DNA of 30,825 nt from a virus (lineage: Duplodnaviria; Caudoviricetes): positions 1 to 30,825 of IMG/VR virus record IMGVR_UViG_3300013767_000006, one strand, 5' to 3'. The notes beneath the pieces were generated by a model. The model was not told where the DNA came from. It did not search any database and saw nothing but the letters and a program-made list of their open reading frames with translations. Shown here piece by piece: positions 1 through 7,685 of the stretch (position 1 is the stretch's first letter; the number at the start of each line of letters is the position of its first letter). The translations under genes and the position numbers were made by a program.

Positions 1-1263
1 GGGGGGAAGAAGGTGTTGGTGACCGCGGGCGAGATTGACTGCATGACAGTCTCGCAGCTTCAGGGTAACAAGTGGCCTGTCGTCTCGGTCCCTAACGGGG
101 CTCAGGGGGCAGCCAAGGCCATCAAGAAGCATCTGGAGTGGCTGGAGCAGTTTGAAGAGGTGGTCATCCTCTTCGACATGGACGAGCCGGGCCAAGAGGC
201 AGCAGCCGAGTGTGCCCCGCTTTTCAGCCCCGGCAAGGCCAAGATTGCCACCCTGCCGAATGGCTTCAAAGACCCCAACGAGATGCTCCTAGCGGGCAAG
301 GGAAGCGAGGTCATTGACGCCATCTGGGGAGCCAAGTCCTACAAGCCTGATGGCATCGTGTCTATCGGTGACCTCCGACCGAAGCTCTCTACGCCCATCG
401 AGCGGGGCCTATCGTGGCCGTGGCCTGACCTGACCGATGCCACCTACGGTATCCGCACCGATGAGATGTATGCGCTCGGGGCTGGCACTGGCATGGGCAA
501 GTCGGAGATTTGGAAGGAGGTCATGGTTCACCTCGTCCAAGAGCACGGCCAGAAGGTGGGCGGAATCTTTCTCGAAGAGGCTCCTGACCACACCGTGAGG
601 TGCTTGGCGGGGAAGCTGAAGTCCAAGCGGTTCCACGTCCCTGACGCTGGCTGGACTCAGGAGGAGTTCGACAAGGCTGTGGATGAGCTGGACAGCTCCC
701 AGTCTGTCTTCCTCTATGACCACTTCGGGCACACCGACTATGACACGGTGAAGGCCCGCATCCGGTTCATGGTGGTCTCGCTGGGCATCAAGCACATCTT
801 CTTAGATCACGTTACGGCTCTCGCTTCTGGAGCCCGTGAGTTGGACGAGAGGAAGGAGCTTGAGTACAGCATGACCGACCCCGCCTCGCTGCTCCGCGAG
901 CTGCACTTCACGCTGTACTTCATCTCGCACCTGAACACTCCTGAGGGTAAGCCTCACGAGGAAGGCGGGCGCGTGATGATCCGCCACTTCAAGGGCTCCC
1001 GCGCTATCGGTCAATGGTCCAGCTTCATGTTCGGCCTTGAGCGGAACCAGCAAGAGGAGAACGAGAACCTCCGGCATGTCTCCCTCCTTCGCATCCTGAA
1101 GGACCGCTATACGGGCCAAGGCACTGGCACGGTCATTCCCCTCGGATACGACACGGAAACTGGAAGGCTCAAGCAGCTCGACAGTAACCCGTTCGATGAC
1201 GAAGAGGGTAGCGGCAAGAAGAGCAGTGAATCCCCTCCGTGGGATCAAGACGACGCATTCTAA
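1..1263 (+). CDS. DNA primase-helicase (T7 gp4-like), 5'-truncated by the window
   Basis: Frame open from base 1 (GGKKVLVTAGEIDC). TOPRIM DxD (LFDMDEPG), KDPNE, Walker A GAGTGMGKS, LDH, ISHL, FKGSRAIGQ, GLERNQQ, LKDRYTG and acidic C-terminal tail ending in F, all typical of T7 gp4/DnaB-family helicases. Confidence 0.95.
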   Translation, partial: GGKKVLVTAGEIDCMTVSQLQGNKWPVVSVPNGAQGAAKAIKKHLEWLEQFEEVVILFDMDEPGQEAAAECAPLFSPGKAKIATLPNGFKDPNEMLLAGKGSEVIDAIWGAKSYKPDGIVSIGDLRPKLSTPIERGLSWPWPDLTDATYGIRTDEMYALGAGTGMGKSEIWKEVMVHLVQEHGQKVGGIFLEEAPDHTVRCLAGKLKSKRFHVPDAGWTQEEFDKAVDELDSSQSVFLYDHFGHTDYDTVKARIRFMVVSLGIKHIFLDHVTALASGARELDERKELEYSMTDPASLLRELHFTLYFISHLNTPEGKPHEEGGRVMIRHFKGSRAIGQWSSFMFGLERNQQEENENLRHVSLLRILKDRYTGQGTGTVIPLGYDTETGRLKQLDSNPFDDEEGSGKKSSESPPWDQDDAF

Positions 1264-1287
1264 CCATCACTCATCAAAGGACACATC

Positions 1288-1497
1288 ATGTCGTTCGCCA
1301 CCACCATCACCAAGCTGGTCTCCAAGGGCCTGAAGGCTTCCGTTTCGGCTCTCGCCAAGGCTGAGGCTACCCACGCGGCTGAAGCTGCCAAGCATGCGCT
1401 GGCCGCTGTGGCTCATCAGGAGGCCGCGAAGGTTGCCCGTGCGAAAGCCGTGGCTGCCTCGAAGCTGCGCGTGAACCTGAACAATCTGCTGGACTGA
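1288..1497 (+). CDS. Ala-rich hypothetical protein (69 aa)
   Basis: ATG with AAGGA SD; codon usage like neighbours; stop abuts the TTG of the next gene. Confidence 0.75.
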   Translation: MSFATTITKLVSKGLKASVSALAKAEATHAAEAAKHALAAVAHQEAAKVARAKAVAASKLRVNLNNLLD

Positions 1498-1947
1498 TTG
1501 TTCGTCTACTCCGCACAGGGGCTTGACCTCACCGGGGATGCAGAAGGCCTTCGCCTAAAGGCCTATCAGGACACGGGAGGCGTCTGGACCATTGGCTACG
1601 GCCACACTGGGAAGGATGTCTACCCGGGTCTCGTCATCACCCAGAAGAGAGCCCTAGAGCTTCTCGCTAAGGATGTCGCTGAGGCATCCGCAGCAGTGAA
1701 CCGGCTGGTCACCTGGCCGAAGCTCACTCAGGAAATGTTCGATGCGCTGGTGGACTTCACGTTCAACGCTGGCGTCACCGCATTCAAGAACTCCACGCTG
1801 CTCCGGAAGTTGAACGCTGGGGACATCGAAGGAGCCGCATCAGAACTCCGCAGATGGGACAAGAACAACGGGAAGGTAATCCCCGGGCTGTCCAAGAGGC
1901 GCAATCAAGAGCGCGCTCTGTTCCTCTTAGGCGCTGACTTCAGTTAG
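1498..1947 (+). CDS. Endolysin, GH24 (T4-lysozyme-like) muramidase
   Basis: E-x8-D-x5-T catalytic triad (EGLRLKAYQDTGGVWT), IGYGH, FDALVDFTFNAG, GLSKRRNQERALF; no N-terminal SAR segment visible. Confidence 0.93.
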   Translation: MFVYSAQGLDLTGDAEGLRLKAYQDTGGVWTIGYGHTGKDVYPGLVITQKRALELLAKDVAEASAAVNRLVTWPKLTQEMFDALVDFTFNAGVTAFKNSTLLRKLNAGDIEGAASELRRWDKNNGKVIPGLSKRRNQERALFLLGADFS

Positions 1948-1973
1948 CTGCCGCACCGCACGAATACACGCAT

Positions 1974-1996
1974 GGCCGCCTTCGGGTGGCCTTTTT
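1974..1996 (+). terminator. Intrinsic terminator after endolysin
   Basis: GGCCGCC-TTCG-GGTGGCC stem with cUUCGg tetraloop, followed by TTTTT. Confidence 0.85.
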
Positions 1997-2029
1997 CATT
2001 TGGATTGCTACTCGATGGGGAGAGCGAAG

Positions 2030-2725
2030 ATGTCTAAGCACTACAGCGGCGTGAAGCTGCACCAAGGCGTGAACGTGGCCCTGTTCTCGACCGACAGCCA
2101 AGAGCGAGTCATCAAACGTGAGCCGATGTTCTTCAGGGCAGACCCGGTCTATGCGTTCATGCATGGGCGCGCGCTCACTCAAGCGTTCATTCGCCGCGCC
2201 TTTGACCTCTGGGGCTCGTTGGAGGGCTGCATCATCGACTCGCGCCATCACATGCTGATGCCGGGAATGTACCCGTGCATCCCGGGCTGGCACACCGATG
2301 ATGCCCCCCGCAATCCCAACAAGTGGGAAGGCCAGCCTGACATCTTCGCTCCCGAGTACGAGACAGAGCATCTCCTGTGTGTTCTGGACGTTGGCACGGG
2401 AAGCCTGACCGAGTTTCTCGTTGGGGACGTGGCGATGCCTTCGGACCTTCTCACCCATCTCCAAGAGACCAAGGGCCAGAACTTCTACAAGACCGCCGAT
2501 ATGGTCATTGAGGAGGACCGCTCGGAAGGCTTGTACAGCGTGCAAGGCGTAGGGTCCGGCCAGATTGCTGAGTTCAATGTCCACTCCTGGCACCGTGGCG
2601 CTCCTGCCAAGAACCGAGGCTTCCGTTGGTTCATCCGCATCACGCGGAACAGCCGCCACCGGACGCAGAACGAAATTCGCTCGAACGCTCAGGTGTACCT
2701 GACCGATGCAACCTACGGGTGGTAA
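2030..2725 (+). CDS. Putative 2OG-Fe(II) dioxygenase
   Basis: ATG 2030 with GGGGAG SD; PGWHTD (HxD), distal WHR and RWFIR, consistent with the HxD...H...R triad on a double-stranded beta-helix fold. Confidence 0.7.
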   Translation: MSKHYSGVKLHQGVNVALFSTDSQERVIKREPMFFRADPVYAFMHGRALTQAFIRRAFDLWGSLEGCIIDSRHHMLMPGMYPCIPGWHTDDAPRNPNKWEGQPDIFAPEYETEHLLCVLDVGTGSLTEFLVGDVAMPSDLLTHLQETKGQNFYKTADMVIEEDRSEGLYSVQGVGSGQIAEFNVHSWHRGAPAKNRGFRWFIRITRNSRHRTQNEIRSNAQVYLTDATYGW

Positions 2726-2728
2726 TCG

Positions 2729-4621
2729 GTGCGGCTAATCGCTGACATCGAGACCGATGGTCTGATGGACGAGGTGACACAGATTCACTGCCTCGTCCTC
2801 CGGAACATCGACACTGGCAAGGTCCACATCTTCAACTCCCAGAGCCCCGTTATGACCATCGAAGCGGGGCTCGCTATGGCCTCCGCTGCGGACCTGACGG
2901 TTTGGCATAACGGCATCAACTATGACTGCCCGGTAATCCAGAAGCTCTACCCCAGTCACCGCTGGGCCGAGAAGAAGGTAATCGATACGCTGGTCTATGC
3001 CCGCTTGGTCTACCCGGACCTCTGGGACATCGACACGAAGCTCTACGAGAAGGGCAAGCTGCCCGGTCATCTCCGCAAGCGTCAATCGCTGGAGGCATGG
3101 GGCCACCGTCTTGGCGAGTACAAGGGTGACTATCAAGGTGACCCGAGCATCGCGGACGAGAAGGAGCGGAAGAAGCGCAAGTGGGAACGCTGGAACCAGG
3201 CGATGGAGGACTACTGCGTTCAGGACACGGAAGTGACCCTGAAGCTGTTCCTGAAGCTGGAGGCGAAGGATTACTCACGGGAAGCTATCGGCATCGAGCA
3301 CGGTGTTGCGTGGATCATCTCCCGACAGGAACGCTACGGCTTTGGCTTCGACAAGGCAGCAGCAGCGCAGCTCCTCGCCTCGCTGGTCAAAGAGAAGCTA
3401 CGCCTCGAAGACGAGCTGGCTACGGTATTCAAGCCGATGTGGATGCGTGATGGGAAGCTCTTCACCCCGAAGGCTGACAACAAGCGCCACGGCTATGTGT
3501 CGGGTGCAGTTCTCCAGAAGATCAAGCTCACCGAGTTCAATCCGGGAAGCCGTGACCACATCGCCCTGTGGCTCAAGCGGCTGTACGGGTGGAAGCCTGA
3601 CGAGTTCACCAATGACGGCAAGCCAAAGATTGATGAAACCGTCCTGAACCAGCTCCCGTTCCCCGAAGCGAAGCTCCTTCAGCGGTATCTGATGGTGGGC
3701 AAGCGGCTCGGGCAGTTGGCTGAGGGCAAGGAAGCCTGGCTCAAGAACGAGAAGAACGGACGCCTTCACGGCTCGGTCAACTCGAATGGGGCTGTGACCC
3801 GACGAATGACCCATAGCCGCCCGAACATGGCTCAGGTGCCTGCGGGCTATTCGCTCTACGGTCCCGAGTGCCGAGCCCTCTTCACGGTCCCGAAAGGGAA
3901 AGTGCTGGTGGGCGCTGATGCTGCTGCGCTGGAGCTGCGAGACCTCGCTGGATACATGGCTGCCTATGACGGTGGCGAGTACGTGAAGGTGGTTCTGGAG
4001 GGCGACAAGAGCAAGGGAACGGACATTCACTCGGTGAACGCTCGGGCTCTTGGGCTGGACCCTAAGGGGACCTACTTCGATGGCGAGAGCGGCCGTGACA
4101 TTGCGAAGACATGGTTCTACGCATTCATCTACGGTGCTGGTGATGAGAAGCTGGGCTTCATCACGAAGCGCATCAAAGGTCCGAAGGCGCGCTCCGCTGG
4201 GAAGAAGTCCCGTGCGGACTTCATGCGCAACCTCCCTGCCCTCGGCAAGCTGGTGGAGAGGGTCAAGAAGGCTGTGAAGGAACGCGGGTTCCTGAAGGGT
4301 CTCGATGGCTGCATCCTCCATATCCGCTCGCAGCACTCCGCGCTGAATACCCTGCTCCAGTCCGCTGGTGCAATCCAAATGAAAAAGGCCCTAATCATCC
4401 TCGATGAGTCCCTCAAGGCTATCGGGCTTGTGCCGGGAGTCCACTACGAATTCGTAGCTAATGTCCACGATGAGTGGCAGTTAGAGGTAGATGAAGAACA
4501 TGGTGAAACAGTTGGGAAGCTGGCTGTCGAAGCTATCCGGAAAGCTGGCGAGTATTTCAAGTTCAAGTGCCCACTCGATGGAGAGTACGGAATCGGAAGA
4601 AGCTGGGCCGAAACTCACTGA
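2729..4621 (+). CDS. DNA polymerase family A (T7 gp5-like) with 3'-5' exonuclease
   Basis: Exo motifs DIETDG, HNGINYD, YCVQD; thioredoxin-binding-domain-like FNPGSRDHI...GWKPDEFT; motif A GADAAALELR, motif B RDIAKTWFYAFIYG, motif C NVHDEWQ; C-terminal WAETH. Confidence 0.96.
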   Translation: MRLIADIETDGLMDEVTQIHCLVLRNIDTGKVHIFNSQSPVMTIEAGLAMASAADLTVWHNGINYDCPVIQKLYPSHRWAEKKVIDTLVYARLVYPDLWDIDTKLYEKGKLPGHLRKRQSLEAWGHRLGEYKGDYQGDPSIADEKERKKRKWERWNQAMEDYCVQDTEVTLKLFLKLEAKDYSREAIGIEHGVAWIISRQERYGFGFDKAAAAQLLASLVKEKLRLEDELATVFKPMWMRDGKLFTPKADNKRHGYVSGAVLQKIKLTEFNPGSRDHIALWLKRLYGWKPDEFTNDGKPKIDETVLNQLPFPEAKLLQRYLMVGKRLGQLAEGKEAWLKNEKNGRLHGSVNSNGAVTRRMTHSRPNMAQVPAGYSLYGPECRALFTVPKGKVLVGADAAALELRDLAGYMAAYDGGEYVKVVLEGDKSKGTDIHSVNARALGLDPKGTYFDGESGRDIAKTWFYAFIYGAGDEKLGFITKRIKGPKARSAGKKSRADFMRNLPALGKLVERVKKAVKERGFLKGLDGCILHIRSQHSALNTLLQSAGAIQMKKALIILDESLKAIGLVPGVHYEFVANVHDEWQLEVDEEHGETVGKLAVEAIRKAGEYFKFKCPLDGEYGIGRSWAETH

Positions 4622-4802
4622 GGTTGTGCAGCGGGCACAGAGCGGAGGCTTCACGCTCCAGTGCAACTTCGCACGCGAACAGGCCGCACACGTGAGCATG
4701 GCCGCATCGCTGGGCCTCATCACAACCGAGCAGGCTCGTGGCGTCTATGGCCGCACGTGGCATGCCACCCGCAAGGGCAAGGCGTTTCTGGAGGTGGTCT
4801 GA
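4578..4802 (+). CDS. T7 gp5.7-like protein (start uncertain)
   Basis: LQCNFAREQAAHVSMAASLGLITT...GRTWHATRKGKAFL resembles recalled T7 gp5.7 (FQSNYVRNNASLVAEAASRGHISC...GGAWEITASGTRFL); syntenic position after the polymerase. Confidence 0.75.
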   Translation: MESTESEEAGPKLTEVVQRAQSGGFTLQCNFAREQAAHVSMAASLGLITTEQARGVYGRTWHATRKGKAFLEVV

Positions 4803-4996
4803 TGCGTCCATTCTGGAAACGTAGGCACCCCATCACGCGGGTAATCATGCTGACCTTGGTCATCCCGCCTGCGCTGTTCGTTGGCTTTTTCATTGCGCCA
4901 ATCGTCCAACAGTTCAGGGAGGACTGGCCGAGTCTCGGCAGCGGGCTGCGAGAAGAGTACCGCTACGCCTGGCGCACTCCACGGACCAAGCGATGA
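4802..4996 (+). CDS. Small membrane protein (64 aa)
   Basis: ATG overlaps previous stop (TGATG), SD GGAGG; basic N-terminus then one hydrophobic stretch VIMLTLVIPPALFVGFFIAPIV. Confidence 0.65.
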   Translation: MRPFWKRRHPITRVIMLTLVIPPALFVGFFIAPIVQQFREDWPSLGSGLREEYRYAWRTPRTKR

Positions 4997-5436
4997 GCGG
5001 GCTCATCACCTTCATCACGAAACAGGGCTGGAAGATTCTTCTGGCCCTTCTTGTTTGTGCCGTACTGGCTTACGTGGCCCACAGCTACACCTCCTCGGTG
5101 AAGCAGAACGCCACCCTCACGGCATCCAACGAAACCCTCACGAGCACCGTGAAGCAGACCGAAGAAGCCACTCAGGCTGTCACAGGGAAGCTCACCAAGC
5201 TCGATGCCATCTCTCAGGAGAAGACCAAGAGTGAAGCAGCTCTACGGGAAGACAACGCGAACTTCCACAGGGGTATCCGAGCGGCTGCCCAAGCCAGCAC
5301 CGCTGTTAAGCAGTGGGCTGATGAGCCTGTGCCTGGCCCTGTCCTTGACAGCCTGCGCTTCGCAACCGAAGCCGCTGGAGGTAGTGACGAAGGTTCAGGT
5401 GGTGACCATCCCGAAGTCACTGACCGCCCCCACTGA
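4993..5436 (+). CDS. Rz: i-spanin (Rz-like)
   Basis: N-terminal TM (ILLALLVCAVLAYVA), coiled-coil periplasmic part, WADEPVPGPV motif; overlapped at its 3' end by a lipoprotein ORF. Confidence 0.75.
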   Translation: MSGLITFITKQGWKILLALLVCAVLAYVAHSYTSSVKQNATLTASNETLTSTVKQTEEATQAVTGKLTKLDAISQEKTKSEAALREDNANFHRGIRAAAQASTAVKQWADEPVPGPVLDSLRFATEAAGGSDEGSGGDHPEVTDRPH

Positions 5437-5563
5437 AAAGCCGGTCTGCCACATCGCTGTGAATGGTGATGTGGTGGTCTGCCTCAAGCAATACGACAGC
5501 GCCCTGAAGTCCGCTAACGATGACAAGCGGCGCATCGAGCAGTTCCAAGAGGAACCCCAATGA
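5321..5563 (+). CDS. Rz1: o-spanin lipoprotein (Rz1-like); start may be upstream (GTG 5231)
   Basis: Lipobox LTAC after hydrophobic LMSLCLALS; Pro-rich mature region; +1 frame overlapping and extending beyond the i-spanin. Confidence 0.75.
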   Translation: MSLCLALSLTACASQPKPLEVVTKVQVVTIPKSLTAPTEKPVCHIAVNGDVVVCLKQYDSALKSANDDKRRIEQFQEEPQ

Positions 5564-5757
5564 AGATGACTCAAGCCGAGCTGATGGAGTTCCATGCACA
5601 AGAGCTGCTAGACGCCCACCGCCACCTGACCCGTGCTGGTATCGCCACGGAATTGGACGGCTCTCCCCTGACCATCAGTCAGCGCTGCGCTATCGCATCC
5701 GCAGCCCTGCGCGCATGGAAGGCCACTGACGTAGCACTTGCAAAGGCAGCTCAATGA
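5560..5757 (+). CDS. Hypothetical protein (65 aa)
   Basis: ATGA overlaps on both sides, SD GAGGA. Confidence 0.7.
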   Translation: MKMTQAELMEFHAQELLDAHRHLTRAGIATELDGSPLTISQRCAIASAALRAWKATDVALAKAAQ

Positions 5758-6317
5758 ACTCAATCGTCCAGCAGTTTGACAACGCCCTAGCCGCTCTGAA
5801 GCGAGCAGGCATTGACGGCCTCATCGCAGGGGGCGCAGTCCGAGACCACATCCTGAACAAGCCCGTGCGGGACATCGATGTCTTCGTGGAGTACCGAGCG
5901 GACATCGAACAACGCCTTGAGCAGGCATACGGTATCGGCTGTGTGAACCGCATGATGGCAGCAGAGTACGCGGGGAACGAGGTCAAGCATGTCTTCGAGG
6001 TCATGAGCGACAGCCTCACGGATGTCCCCGTGCAAGTCATCGTGCTCAACGAGGGACTCACTCCCGGGGACCGGGCTGCTCATCACGACTTCGGCATCTG
6101 CCAGTGCTGGTATCTGGGCGGAGGCACGTTTGACTGGACCGGAGCCTTCCTCAGTGACAAGGAGCTGGGGCGCTTCACCCTCACCCACTGCGAAGGTCAG
6201 GGCGAGTTTGATCGTTCCATGCGCCGCTGGGAGAAGTTCGCTGGGCGATTCCCTGAGTTCAACCTGAGGGTGCCTGCGGAGTTCGCTGACTACCACCGTG
6301 GGGCCGACTTCGCTTGA
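5754..6317 (+). CDS. Nucleotidyltransferase (CCA/poly(A) polymerase head-like)
   Basis: IAGGAVRD...VRDIDVF pol-beta-superfamily signature and downstream DFGICQ. Confidence 0.85.
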   Translation: MNSIVQQFDNALAALKRAGIDGLIAGGAVRDHILNKPVRDIDVFVEYRADIEQRLEQAYGIGCVNRMMAAEYAGNEVKHVFEVMSDSLTDVPVQVIVLNEGLTPGDRAAHHDFGICQCWYLGGGTFDWTGAFLSDKELGRFTLTHCEGQGEFDRSMRRWEKFAGRFPEFNLRVPAEFADYHRGADFA

Positions 6318-7072
6318 AGACCACACTTCTCATTGATGCTGACATCGTAGCTTTTCAGGTGGCAGCAGTATCCCAGAAGGCTTTCAAGTGGGACGGCCCT
6401 GATGGTCCCGAAAGCCTCTCTGTGGATGACTTTGAAGAGGTGACCCCGAGGGTAGACAAGATGCTCTCGGACTTCCGCACAGTGACGAAGGCGGATGACC
6501 TCATCATCTGCCTGTCCTGCCCTACTGAGGAAGGCTGGCGCATTGGCATCTACCCTGAGTACAAGGCTAACCGGGACTACTCGAAGCGCCCTGTCCACCT
6601 CAGCGCGGTCAAGGACTACATGGCCGCGAACTACCCCAGTTATCGGAAACCCACGCTGGAAGCCGATGACATCATGGGCATCCTCTCCACACACTCCAAG
6701 CTGGTCTCTGGCAGGCGCATCATCGTGTCCGAAGACAAGGACATGCAGACCATCCCCGGATGGCTCTGGAATCCCGCTAAGGACACCAAGCCTCGCCGCG
6801 TCAGCGAAGAGCAGGCTGACTATTTCCACATGTACCAGACCCTCGTAGGGGACACCACGGACGGCTACAAAGGTTGCCCGGGAGTTGGCCCCGTGAAGGC
6901 GGAGCGCATCCTGTCCGCTGAAGGGGACCGCTGGGGAAACATCGTGGCGGCTTATGAGGCTAAGGGACTGACTGAAGAGGACGCCATTCTACAAGCCCGC
7001 CTGGCGCGCATTTGCCGAGCGGATGACTACGACTTCAAGAACCAGGAAGTGAAACTTTGGAAGCCGCAGTAA
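6314..7072 (+). CDS. 5'-3' exonuclease (T7 gp6-like)
   Basis: LLIDAD, YKANR, LEADD, SEDKD, GDTTDGYKGCPGVG motifs. Confidence 0.93.
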   Translation: MKTTLLIDADIVAFQVAAVSQKAFKWDGPDGPESLSVDDFEEVTPRVDKMLSDFRTVTKADDLIICLSCPTEEGWRIGIYPEYKANRDYSKRPVHLSAVKDYMAANYPSYRKPTLEADDIMGILSTHSKLVSGRRIIVSEDKDMQTIPGWLWNPAKDTKPRRVSEEQADYFHMYQTLVGDTTDGYKGCPGVGPVKAERILSAEGDRWGNIVAAYEAKGLTEEDAILQARLARICRADDYDFKNQEVKLWKPQ

Positions 7073-7215
7073 AGAACCGAACGTGTCTCAATTGTGAGCA
7101 CGGAAAGGTGGACCTGAGCCACGGCGGGGTCCATTGCACCAAGAAGGACCAGACAGTAGTTCAGTGGTACACCGCCCCGCAAACCTGCACTGACTTCAAG
7201 GAAGAGACCAAGTGA
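7057..7215 (+). CDS. Small Cys-rich putative zinc-binding protein (52 aa; not in ORF track)
   Basis: TTG 7057 with AGGAAG SD; translates MEAAVKNRTCLNCEHGKVDLSHGGVHCTKKDQTVVQWYTAPQTCTDFKEETK; fills the gap and overlaps the next start (GTGA). Confidence 0.65.
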   Translation: MEAAVKNRTCLNCEHGKVDLSHGGVHCTKKDQTVVQWYTAPQTCTDFKEETK

Positions 7216-7637
7216 GCCAAGAGCGAGACTGCAATACCTGCAAGCATCATGTTCAAGGCGGTGGGATTGACGATGCTCCGTCCCGCTGCTGGGACTGTGT
7301 GGGACGCCAAGGCATCAAGGGTGAAGGGCGACTGCCCATGTGGGAGCCCATTCAGCTCACCGGGATGACGAACACGCAACTCCCGGGCGGTCTCATTGAG
7401 AACCGCCTACCGGAGGCGCTGGACAAGCAAGTGGGTGGCTCGCACTACAAGGGCCTCGCTATCCAGCCGATGGCGTTCTCCATTGCCAATGGCCTCAACG
7501 CCTGCCAACACACGGCTGTGAAATACATCGTGCGCAAGAAGGGCGACAAGGCCAAGCGGCTGGAGGACTTGGACAAGGCCATCCACACCCTTGAGATGTA
7601 CAAGCAGTTCATCCGAGAAGGTCAACTGCCGGATTAA
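7212..7637 (+). CDS. DUF3310 / T7 gp1.7-like putative nucleotide kinase with Cys-rich N-terminus
   Basis: QVGGSHY...AVKYIVR..KG...EDLDKA motif; N-terminal CNTC...CWDC. Confidence 0.8.
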   Translation: MSQERDCNTCKHHVQGGGIDDAPSRCWDCVGRQGIKGEGRLPMWEPIQLTGMTNTQLPGGLIENRLPEALDKQVGGSHYKGLAIQPMAFSIANGLNACQHTAVKYIVRKKGDKAKRLEDLDKAIHTLEMYKQFIREGQLPD

Positions 7638-7685
7638 GCACACGGCTGCGAGCCTTTACCCATAAGGGCTCCAGCCGAATCGACG

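Noticed and set aside
3398-4378. Long minus-strand ORFs (also 1940..2659, 9798..10823, 17478..18263, 20379..21173, 24975..25988, 28864..29487)
   Set aside because: They shadow well-supported plus-strand genes; such antisense ORFs are expected with GC-rich codon bias, and none shows a recognisable motif.
4491-4577. Longer upstream starts in the ORF track (4491, 4661, 5204, 7854, 12110, 14988, 22839, 2000)
   Set aside because: They overlap upstream genes or terminators, or lack an SD; downstream starts with an SD or stop-start coupling fit better.
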